From positions 1 to 64,000 of the forward strand of contig JYFJ02001778.1 of the NCBI GenBank assembly GCA_000934665.2: 64,000 bases of DNA, read 5' to 3'. The notes under the pieces are model-generated. The model saw nothing but the letters and a program-made list of their open reading frames with translations, did not search any database and was not told the origin of the DNA. Below, piece by piece: positions 40,801 to 52,406 of this stretch (its first letter is position 1; each line of letters opens with the position of its first letter). A program made the position numbers and the translations under genes. The DNA comes from Catajapyx aquilonaris. Lineage: Eukaryota.

Positions 40801-42756
40801 TCAACACGAATGCTCCCGATTGGTCTGGATGCCTGTCATCACCCCTACCCTTACCCCTACGCTGCTCTATCTTTCCCCGACACGGGGAGAGTCTCCCCCT
40901 GCAATCCCCAACACAAAGCATCACGGAGTTTCCATGGATCCCCGAAGGCCGATTTATTCTTCCCAGAGCAGAATCGGAGCTGGGTAACCCCCGCCAGCCC
41001 GCGGGAGCCCTTTTACACTTCATAGCTCCCATTATCTTTCTGCTCCTCTGCCATCCGCTAAATGCGGGCTTCCTTCATCTTGCAACTGCGATGATGAGGA
41101 AACGCTGCCTCTTCTCTCCCAGTCCTTAATATCCATTAGGAGACAGGAGGATGATGTGCCGCAGCTGTGTTTGTGCTAGGCCCTTCCGGCGCTTTCCGTC
41201 AACTTGATACCAAATTGCCAGAGTCACGCTATATGCAGCCGATATACCGCCGTACATGTTCGCCTTCCTTCGGGTCAGGTTTCAATTAGACATTCCCTTT
41301 CGTACAAGGAGTTGATTCCCGTGTAATCCACTCCCTCATTGAATTTAATAGATATGTACTGTACATACATTTACTTCACGGTTTGCCTCTGTAACACCAT
41401 AAAAATGAACATATAGTATGCAAAAACTCGGATTATTTTATATAATATTAGTTATATTTAATTGTATTAACTATTAGTCAACAACTGAACAAAATGATGT
41501 ATTCTGGCGCTATTAGCACTCTACCAGTACAAAAGTCTTTGTAGGATGTTGACTGTCGCATTGGCTGAAACTATGAGAGCTACTACAATGGATTTATAAT
41601 TAATGCGGCTTTTTGGAGCATTTATGCAGAATAGGGTCTATGTGCAGAATTTGTAATTCTTCCCAAGAGCTCCTCTGGCGCTTCCAACATGCGAATAAAA
41701 TATTTAAAACAGGAACATTCTGGGTAGAAAACCCCCTCCGAGCAGACCTCGCAATTAGAATTTCGTGTGCGCAACTGAAGGTGCACTATTACATTACAAC
41801 TACCCGCAGCCAACAGCAACATAATTAACCCCCCTCTGAAGCTCCAACACAAAGAGGACGCTTTTTCAAGCTACAGGTCAAGGACAGCGTGATGAACTTT
41901 GGCCACATCACGACCTTATTCTTAGTCATTGAGACCAACACTTTTTCTTACTTTTCCAAGCAGGCCCATTTCCAGAGAAATATCCGAGGTTGTAACGACC
42001 GAGTCTCCCTTTCGGATTGGGTATCCCAACCAGAGAGCATATTTAAAATCTGCATTTGAATGTGAAGGGGGGGCTTGGTCTGGCAGTCCAAATGGCAGCC
42101 AGCCAAGATACAGAATGAGACTATGTAAAGGAAACTTATCGATCAGAGAGAGGGGGTTTAGCACCTTCTCGGCCAGTTCCAGCCGCATCCGCGCCTCAGG
42201 CTTATTCAGTGGTAGCCCAGATTAAGGATTCATGCACTTTTTGAGTCATGTCCTGCTCCATAATTATTAAAAAGGTGCGGCAGATGGCCTCGTTTCCGAC
42301 CCACGTTTTTTCGGAGGCGAAATTTACTACTTTACAAGCTGGCTTAGCTTCCTTGTAGATTATTTTAGCAGCTTGAAAATTATAACCCGCTTAATGTCTA
42401 TTGCGTTTGGGCACAAAATTTTACAGAGTCCGCAGAGTGAGTGCACGCTCTAATTTCAACAAAAATACATTCCTCTTGCTTTGCGCAGTTCATGTCACAG
42501 GCTACTAACCGGGCTCAAGTAGCCTTGGAGAGTGGGTTCCATCCGCCACGGAGGAGGAATGAAACTCGAATCTCTCATTCTCCTTTTGTAAGACTAACTC
42601 CCAGCCCCGTTCCAGAATGATGCATGAACAAGCCCAACCCCTCCATGAAACTAGAGTTTTTTCCGCCTCGAAAAAAAAAATCCAGCCCGGAAGAGATTTT
42701 CAAACCCCAAACCCATCCCCCCCCCACCCACCCACCACTCGCATTTTACTCACCTT

Positions 42757-42790
42757 TGTAGTAGATGCCACACTCTGTAGTAGATGCCAC
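42757..42790 (+). repeat. Short direct duplication (TGTAGTAGATGCCAC twice, 4-nt spacer)
   Basis: Copies at 42757-42771 and 42776-42790. Confidence 0.9.
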
Positions 42791-43241
42791 GATATAAGCC
42801 AGCTAAATTCGGGCCCCCACATAAATTTGTCAACTCGGCTCCGGAATTTACGGCAAGCTAGATTTGTGTGCTTAGACTATTCTCTGAGAAGCTGAACTCC
42901 TAAGCTGCACTGCTTAGGCCTCGCCTGAATGGAGAGATGGGCCTATCTATCGGGGGAGGGCCTAAAGACGTAGTGCGGCAGAGCAAACGCGGCTTAGGCC
43001 ACTTCCTCGGATCGATAGGCATCTGGGCCCGGCCAAAAACCTTTCTCTTCGGTGGGTTATAGTCCCCAACCCGACCCCCCCCCAAAAAAAAAGACGAAGA
43101 AAACTAGAAAGATCCCAGCCCACTGTAAGTCTAAGTACACAACAATGACACAAAGGGTCATATTATGCCAAACAAAACCTAGCCACTGTCCACACTCTGA
43201 GCCAATTCTCTTTGTAAGTAACGTGAGTAAAACCGAGGCCT

Positions 43242-43381
43242 AAACTTGGCAACACTGCCCCCTCGTGGACGTAGTACAATATGCCACTACCAGATGGCGC
43301 ACATGCTCCCTCTCTGCACACTACTGCCGCTCTCAGGGAGAAAGTAGTACTACATGCACGTTGGTGATGAATCACCGCGGA
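43242..43381 (-). repeat. Interspersed repeat, copy 2 (reverse complement of 2976-3138); probable DNA-transposon fragment
   Basis: The reverse complement aligns colinearly with 2976-3138, with several substitutions and small indels. Confidence 0.9.
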
Positions 43382-44390
43382 CAGACAGCCTCGCCTAGCC
43401 AATTCAAAAAGATATTACTCTGGTCACAGTGAAGGTACTCACTCCATGCGGTAACAGCTTAGAAGTTACCTCCATTGTTCAGAGTGGTTCAGACTAGCTT
43501 CTGATCAATATGAGGGGAAAACAATTAATCCGTGCGACATTGTGGGGGTGTAGGGATGGGGGAGGGGGATTTTGATGGCACCTGTCACCAGGTTTTCAAT
43601 CACGTGAGATGAAACAAACAATAAATGCTGGGAGCTAATCACTTAACTACCACATGCGAGCGAATTAACTGCTGCGGTAATAGGTCAACAAATCTACATT
43701 GTGCGGCATAATCACTAAACAGGGTGGGCTTAATTTAGGGTGGGCCAAAACAAAAGACATGGGTGCCATCAAAAATGATTGGGAGTCGCTGCTCAATTAA
43801 TAATCCATCAGCCGCCGAGCTGATAATCTTTGCCTTCTATTATTATTTTTGAAGGCGGTTTATACACGTAGAAGGACCCGTGGTATCAAAGTGACACGGA
43901 ATCTCATTTCCCAATTTTCCAGGGAACTGTTTTGTAAGAGGGGTTTAGCCCTGGTACACGAAAGGGAAAGGAGTTTGGCAAACTTTCCCTCCCTCCCCCT
44001 CCCCCCACCCTTTCTCCTCCTCATCCTCCACCACTCCTGCAGGCGACCCCAAGTTAAAGTAGAACTTGGGTCTAGCCTTAGTCGCGGTTGGCTGGGCGTC
44101 GCGATCGGGAACCCGGAAATCCCAGTTTCATACACAAGGCACTGGTCTGCATCTGCCACTCTCTCACACTGATACAAACTTTGCCTCAGCCAACTAACCT
44201 AACCCGCGCCTTTCCTAATGCAACTTGGTATAGGGGAGAGAAGGAGATGGGAACAAACCCTCAGGCCCCTTTGCCGAAAACCCTCAAAGGACACCGATGA
44301 AAAGGGGACCGAGACAATCGGTCGGGTTGGCGACTGGTTGCGTTTTGCAGGATATAGTGTGGAAACAAAGTGTTGTCACTAGATATGGTG

Positions 44391-44632
44391 GGGAAAGTCA
44401 AGCAGACTTCCCAATACTTATTAGACTTTTTCACATTGAAAGAAAGCCTTAGAGCACGGCTTTGTCCGTCTGTCTGTCTGTGGACAGGTATCAGGGCCTA
44501 AACTGGATGATATAACTACAAACGGTTTTCGGATTCGGCTTCAGTGAACCTTAAATAGGTTTCATGCCCAACTTCCGATGACCGGCCACTTCCGGTTTTC
44601 CGGGTTCACTCTATCCGCCAAGGTCAAGTCTA
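44391..44632 (+). mobile_element. Second HINE/Helentron-like fragment
   Basis: Hairpin GGGAAAGTC-AAGCA-GACTTCCC (44391-44412), then TTATTAGACTTT...AAAGCCTTA, then TGTCCGTCTGTCTGTCTGT (44463-44481). The right boundary is uncertain. Confidence 0.4.
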
Positions 44633-44661
44633 CACCGAATAAATTAATTCTCTTGTGTTTC

Positions 44662-44778
44662 TTGGCAGCAGGACATGAGACTGACAACATTCTATACCAT
44701 TGTTGTCAAGCAAGAATGGCATCTTGTCGTATCACGTCATATTCAACAAAGTTGTCAGTCTCATTTCCCGCTGTCCAA
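44662..44778. mobile_element. Short MITE-like element with long inverted repeats
   Basis: CAGCAGGACATGAGACTGACAAC (44666-44688) versus GTTGTCAGTCTCATTTCCCGCTG (44751-44773): 21/23 inverted match, extendable to TTGG/CCAA with one gap. Confidence 0.6.
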
Positions 44779-47700
44779 TGAGAAAAAACGTCTACTCGAA
44801 TCACGTTCGCGTGATTTGCTAATCTTGTTATTATTGGAATTGGGTCAGGTTGTAGCATTTTGCTCCCAGCCTTCGCCTCCAGCAGCCACGGCAATGTAGG
44901 CTGTGAACCACAAATTCATTTGCAAACTCTCCAAAGTTAGGTTTACGATACTGTACACACCCACTAATAAGACGGAATGGACTTTCCGCAATAGGGATTC
45001 CTAGCCCCCTTCCCAACCCTTGGAGAAGCAGGTCGAGGTTTTGTAATCCTTTGGATAAAGTCGGCACAAACATGCCATATCCGTAAATCACAAAAGACTA
45101 ACTCCCATGATTAAGCTGTGGCACTCCTGGCAGGCATTTCCCTCCGGGATCATTAGGAAACTTGCTCCTAACAAGGCACAATATCGGATTAAAGTATCTC
45201 GGCTTTGGGTAGTGTTAAGGCAGGGGAAAGAAGGTCCAGCGGGGACCCGTTGAGGAGATGCATAATTCCTAAAACGGGAGCGGAGCACGTTTCAAAGGGG
45301 CCTCTTGCTGTGAAGGCTTGCACAGTCACCTTTTTTTTCTTTTGCCTCAACCAGCCATCTAGTGCATCTGAATATTATAGTGTTCAAGAAGCTTGCAAAT
45401 GTAATTGGACGCACTCTTTCATTTTTCCGAAGCTGTCCCTCTTTGATTCCTTTCGCATCGCTTCATTCCAATAAAGCGTTTCTTGGGACGAGAGAAATCC
45501 GACGTTCAGATCATCCTTTGACGCAATTCAGCTCTATTTACGCCGATCCATATCTCTTGAATGCAACGCGCGAAGTAATCAAGCAAAAGTCCGTCTCAAG
45601 GATCGCAGGGAAGAAAATTTCAACATAAGCCAATGAAGTCACCACGAAACGCCATACATGCAAGTGATCCTTGAACAATGTGAATGATCATCACCCTCTT
45701 GATATTGTCCAAGTCCCTTTTTACACAAAGTGCATGGATCATCTGTATATCGTGGGGACTAATATTTTCATTGCAGCCCACCCCAATTTCACACTCATTA
45801 CCCACACCTTTCTCCATTATGCCGGGCGGGATAATTTAGAGGGCTTCCTGATGACTTTCAATTAAGTTTTTTCTACGCTTGCTGCTCTTAACTCGAGTCG
45901 TTTTTGTGTACATTGGACTAGGAAGGGAAGTAAAAAAAAGTAAATGAATCATGGGACCAAGTAGTTTCTTCTCCCCCAAAAAATATATTAAGGGGGGGAC
46001 CTTGAGACACGTGCCTTTAAACAGCGCCTCGTATAACGCCGCGACTTAATTGCGTTACAGATCCCAGTGTAATTACATTGTAAATCAACTCTAATTTACG
46101 CCACTGGTGTAACGAACCTATGGACACAGAACAAGAGGGTGAGTCAACACCTCCACAATCACATACCCTATAGAAACATTATCAGCTCATCGGCAATACT
46201 ATTTAGAAAATATGCAATAATCGTATAATTTCATCTAGGCTATTTGATCAACATTTTTCAATAATAATCCGCATATTTTTCTCGTCAACTGGTTGAACTG
46301 AATGAACTACTCGTCTCGTGAAAGTTTTTTCCTAGCTTGCTCTTCAACTGCTGTGTATTTGGGCAGCATATCATTACAGTATACCCAGGTGTAGTTGCTT
46401 GCTTTAAACACGTCAATCTGTACAGTAAACAGCTTTTGTGTGGCGTCACACAACACACTTTCACCTTTTTTTCTCCCTGCCTCAAATAAAAATCATCGGA
46501 CGTGTACGCTACAAACTGTCACGTCCATCTTGATCAATTCGAACCGATCCGAATCCCGGCGCATCAACATTCGTCGTGTCAGAAGCATTCGTGCACTGGG
46601 GCTTACCTGAGCTCCACCAAACCTCTGACTGACAACTCTGTACATGACATCACCTAAGGATACTGTCACTCATTCCACCCGACATCAAGAGCAGAGGTGG
46701 TCGATGGAACAATGCAATTCATCGCTTGCAACACCAAAGCGTGAAGGATCCCGTTTTTGGCGCCCTTTACCTTTAAATATTGACCAGAAAAAAAGACAGG
46801 TGACAAGAGCGTCCACTCACATGTCAAAGCCCGAAAATACAGCAGAGGCGAGCATGAAATGGACGTACCTGAAGCCGGCCTTAATTATATCGTAACCTGG
46901 CTCGTAAATGGAGGCTGCTGACGTATTAAAGTAGAAGTATTTTGTGGCTCATCTGCTCTCAACTCCCATCCATTAGTGTCCCTGGTCTTTACTTGATACC
47001 CGGTTGGACCCATGAAGCCTAAAACCCTCCATTTATCTTTCGGAGAAAGGTAAATGCCGCGGCCTACATAAAATCCTCCGCCTTGTCTGCCTCATACAGA
47101 CTCTTCTTTCTATAGTTTTTTTCCCCCGGTACACTCTTAATCACGTACCTCTTAAAAAGACACCTTTAAGAGGTACAAAATTGAATGATCGCTGAGGGCG
47201 ACAATTTATGACTATGGTACTGTATAACCTCCAGCGCAAGCACGCAATCATCTGAACTGCTTTGAAACTATTCCAAAGCGTTTCAGCTTGCAATTTAAAA
47301 TCCAATCAAGCCAACTATCAGGGCCCCAAGTCCGGAAATTTTATTTCCGATCATCCCTGGTGTTAGGTCCGTTGTGAAAGAGGCTATATGGGGGCGACCC
47401 ATTTTGCGGCAGGAAAATTTTAGTGTGCAAAGTGATTAATTAGTTGCGCTTCTGCTTGTACACGACGCGTAATTACTGCGGGTGTACTTGCTGGGTCAAC
47501 ATTGTTTCAGAATTTTGTTTTAAAATCTGGATTCCGCCAGATGTGCTGCTAAAGCTTATAAAATAATCATATGCGAATTAGAGAATCTTACAGGCACAGG
47601 TTGTAATTTACGTACATGCAACAAGAAAATCAGAATGTACATTTGGCAAGTAAGGTTGTAAATATATTGTAAATGTCTGAGGAACCTGGCCATAATTATG

Positions 47701-49568
47701 ACAATATTTTAACAAAAGTTAGTGAGCCTGAATTGCAAGAAAAGCGACTCAAGTGAAGTACTTATTGTAATTTGATTCACCTTTTCTAACCTTACCATGC
47801 AGAAACTCTGGGGGCTTGGAATTCCATAACAGAAGCCTAAACCCTTGCACAGCCCCAGTTCTAAGTGATAAAGAGAAAGCGTTATTACGACTGGTTTTCT
47901 TGCTGCTTGCAGCCTTTCTGGCCTTCAGATTGCTCCACCTGCAGTATTTGCCTCCTTCTTGGCAAAAGGGGAATGTAAAGCACGGCTAATTAAATGCGAT
48001 GTACTGGAGGGGGTGGGGAGGATTTCAGCAGAAACGGAACTCCGGCCGGATTTCCTAGCAGAGAAGTTTCCCTGGGATACTGTCAACTACAAGATGAACT
48101 TCGGGAAAGTGATTTTCGTCGAATCCCCAGGCTCTTTACATCTTTATGTAGCTATATATAAGATCAGGCAAGATTGAAGAGCAAACTCTTCTTGGAATAC
48201 CGCTACACTAATTATGTAGGTACAAGTAATTTAGCTGCAATGTTACGGTTTCTACAGCTGATTCTCTCATCCTTCGTGTGGGTTTTCTCGGGGTCTTCCC
48301 GATGGAAGTTTTAAAAGGTCATTGTGCGAGCCAACCGAACTGGACACTTCCTACTGTCCTCCTCCCCAAAAAAGGCAGAGAAGGGAAAAAAATCGTGACA
48401 ATTTTGCCGCCGTGTCCTTTTTTTTACCGGGACAGGCCTGGCTTGTGGACACCTCTTTGTAAAAGAGACAAGAGGACATTCCGGAAGACCCGGTTGATGG
48501 GACAGGGATAAATAGATCCCGTCCGCATTTTGGGAAGGAAAGAGCGTCGCGCAGGAAATTAGGATTCCTGATTTATGACCTCCCAACGTTTCAAAATCTC
48601 CTTCATTTTTTTTCCACGTCGTTGTGACCTAATGTGTCGGGTGGAAAAGCGAGGAATCTAAAAAAACGAGGCCATTTAATCTTCTCAAGTGGTAATTTTT
48701 TCGTACCTAATTAAACACTATCTCCAGACAAATTGAGAAAATTTCGCATTCGCTAATTACACAGGAATTACTTCACCGCCATTTTGTTGAAAAAAGGTTT
48801 CTATTGTTACACTGGTGTGTTGGCCACACAATTTTTTTCGTTTCAAGTATGTATAAACGCTTGCTCCATAATTCAGCGCCATTTCGGCTACCCAGCATGA
48901 AAATTAAATTTTCTCGTGGGAAAGCGGCCGCATTCTACTTTAATATCCAATCAATAGTTAACTGCACTTTTCATTCAAAACTACAACTTTTGGCCCCCAC
49001 ATCATTTGCATAAGTGACAAAGCGGACAAATGTCCAACCGCTGCACCGCACTAGTAATTGATTTTGGAATCATTTATGGGAGGCTTGTTCTGCTCTGGTT
49101 ATTGAAACTGCGTTGTAAATGGAGTGAAAACAATGACTAAAAAACGAGGTGCGGCCGATTGTGCCGCATTAATAGAGGAGAGGTCGCCTGGTCGCATTTC
49201 TCTTTCATCAGCACTAATAGTGGATGCAAACTCTTGTCACTGATTTTACTGCTCTTTTTCCCCCCCCCCCCCNCCCCCTCTTCTTAAAACTATTACTGTT
49301 TCAACCCATTTTCGTTACAGGGGGAAAATGTAAGTATAGAGGCTCTACCTCCTGTAACGAAAAGGTCCCTCGAGGTTCATTACTGAATTCGTTTGGGAAA
49401 TAGCGCCCGCACATCTCCCTCTCCTTTGATCTCGCCCAAAGATACCAGCATTGGCGCTTTTGAACATTAACGCCTGAAATGAAGCAATAATCGCAACGAA
49501 GCCTTGGCCAAAGAACATTGCGCACCAACTGACTGCCTGTCGTTTACTCTATAGCCCAGTGAGAGCTT

Positions 49569-49570
<2 letters not shown>

Positions 49571-49602
<32 letters not shown>
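49571..49602. repeat. (AG)n microsatellite
   Basis: Direct reading. Confidence 0.95.
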
Positions 49603-49604
<2 letters not shown>

Positions 49605-52378
49605 GAAAAAAATAGTATTGATATATAGTAGCACACTGTTTGACTAGGAACTGCAATCCCTGATTGGTCTCCGAAATGTGATAGCTTGCCAGATCGGAGC
49701 CCAACTGAAGGAAAATTGGGAATGAAATTCGTTCAGGCCTGTATGATCCCTAGGGTGTACTGCACTGTACATTTCAGAAAGAGAGAGAAAAATAACAGAG
49801 GCGGGATAGGAAATGTCTCGTATAACAGTGATGCTATGATTAAATTGAGATAGATATCTGAACGGGTGAATTGATATTTGAACAAACTTTTTTTTTGTAC
49901 AGTTCAAAACTGTGTGCATCAAATAATGTTGCGGACATGGTCCATTAGAGAACACTAGTGTCGCTGTGAACAAAATTTGGTAAGATTCGAGATATGCCTA
50001 AATCATCACATTTGTTGACCAAAGGCGAAACATGGATATGATTAAGAACTGGTTAAAAATATTTTCAGCAATATTTTGCGTCAGCCAGTGTAAATGATAG
50101 TTTTCCAATATCTCTACTTTCATTGGATTTCAGCATTTACGTACAGTGACAGCATAGTTAGCTCCAAAAAATTCTTTGGACAGCTGCAATCAGAAACAGC
50201 AACATTTTGAAATATCCTCCAGGGAAAACCTGCATTTGAAAACAATGTGCGGGCATTTAAAGTGGTCGAAGAGCATAACATGTTTACAATTTTAGGAAGT
50301 TACCACCCGTCTGCAGTGGAGTTCTAGAATAGTGCAATACTTGAACTTTCAGCAGGCGGTATACGGTTGAACAAACTAAGATCGCATCTCTTTCTTCCCC
50401 CCTGAAGTCGTCTCGCAAAGATCTCATGTGCTTCCTAAAGCTATCCCTTAATTCGTCCTCGCATTTTGGCAAGTGATTCTTGGCACCGAGGCAGGAATAC
50501 ATTCCGTGCGAATAGCAGTAGGGAAAGAGACTCGTCAAGCGGAAAGGTTTAGATTCGGCTTTCGATCTTGCTTGCAAGTTGGAATACTAACGGCTCACCG
50601 GCGAAAATCCTATGTGACGATGCGAGGTTTCCGCCCACTACTCATGCGGATTAAGCTCTGCCAAGAATCACTGAGGAAGCCACTTTTTGATTTCCCAAAC
50701 CGCTACGAGAAGAGATATCGAAAGAATAAAAAAAAGAGGAGTGAGGTAAGACGGCACGTACACGTGGACCAATCTGTCTTCCCCTCACATGCAAATGATG
50801 TGTCAAAAGGAACTGGAAGAATGATTTTTTTGAGAGATGCTTCTTCCAATTCAACACGATTCTGCTTGTTTCTCGCTGTGCAAGCGAAGGACACGAATTC
50901 GCATTGCAGCGTCAAAAATATTTCCAATATCGCACGAAGTTACCGTTACAAAATGGCATATCAGGTTACAACAGTAAGGGCATAGTTGAAACAAAAATTG
51001 CAATTTGAAAGAGTATCCAGCTGTCAGTGTCAGGCTGCAGTAAATATCACGTTAATCTGCACAGATATTTGTGCTATATTTTTAAAAAGTGTGAAACATA
51101 ACATCTGTTTTTACACATACAAATGGCACAAACTAACTGATCCCACATCACCAACTAAACCGGGCTTCCCCAGAAAACCTACATTAAAGCAGATCTTCAC
51201 GTACGCCTTAACCCAACCTGCGTTATCATCAAAGCGAAAGAGGCTGTCGAACCCTTTTCTTCTCCTTTCTCCCTCCGCAAAAAGAGCTAAAAGTGAGCAA
51301 GGAGGGGAAAAAAGGCGAGTGAGAGAGGAGTGAGATCCAGGGCAAGCCAGCTGACCACCCACCCTTGAAATGGGAGAGAAAGCCCTTCTGCGGCGTGCAA
51401 GAGACACTGGCCCTGGTTCTCATTTATCCTTTCCTCTTGTAATGCAGCAGGCCTCTGGCATTAGAGCCCCCTGGCCTCGCTCGTCTCCAATACTTTTCCT
51501 CGTGCCATTCAACGCCCTTCTCCTCCTCCTCCTCCTCCTCCCTAGCTCTCTCTTCACTGCAAAGAAAAACAACTTCATCCGTCCACAACGCGAGAGTCTA
51601 ACACGCCCTTTGAAACTTTCAGCTCGGTCTGATGCATGAGTTGGCCTCGGGCCCTCTTGGAATACATCGGGAAGCTCCGCTTGCACCTGGTATCCTCTCA
51701 GGTGACAAATTATGCGCCCGAGTTCAGGATGGAAATTATTTTTTTCTCCCAGCAACATGCAGGCTTTATGAAAGTCAACGAATTGCATTTGGGGGTCGTC
51801 CAGCAGGAGTTGGCACAACCGTTATTTTCGGCTAAACTCATGTGATGTTCAGTAAATAGCAGTGATCACTACCAGCTACTTTAAAGTGAACGTGATTTTC
51901 CAGTAGACGTGGTGAAATCGTAGCAAATTTTGGCAGAGTGTCCACTCGGTTAGTCTAAATGTGTCCGCTCTCACCTCAGGTTTATAGTACTGTGAGAGGA
52001 GGGGGGTTTGTGCAAGTGCGAAAATGCTGCACGTTAATGAACCGTGAGAGCCGGAGCTCGCTTTCATGCTGCATTTATTTCGAGAATTATTCCCCCAATT
52101 TACAGCAAAGATTTTATCCATTAAGTCTAGCTCGAGCGGCAATTCCGCTTGAGGTTTTTGGAGAGACTATATATATTTTTATACACTCACTACTTTTGGG
52201 GGGCGGAAGTTTTTTTTTTTTTTGAAACAAAAGTTTTGCAAGATGAGGTCAGACCGAGCACTTTTCCAGCGTTAATTCTGTTACGGGTAGTTTGCAAAAG
52301 TTAACAGCATCAGCTGTTAGGGAATCAGGCCAGTTATGCCATAATTGAATTACCTTGATGCAAAATTTCACAACATCA

Positions 52379-52406
52379 ACCCCCCTCTCTAATTAGAGAG
52401 GGGGGT
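52379..52406. repeat. Perfect 28-bp palindrome centred on TAATTA
   Basis: ACCCCCCTCTCTAA|TTAGAGAGGGGGGT. Confidence 0.95.

Noticed and set aside
49260..49278. Poly-C tract containing an N at 49273
   Set aside because: This is a base-calling ambiguity in a homopolymer, not a biological feature.
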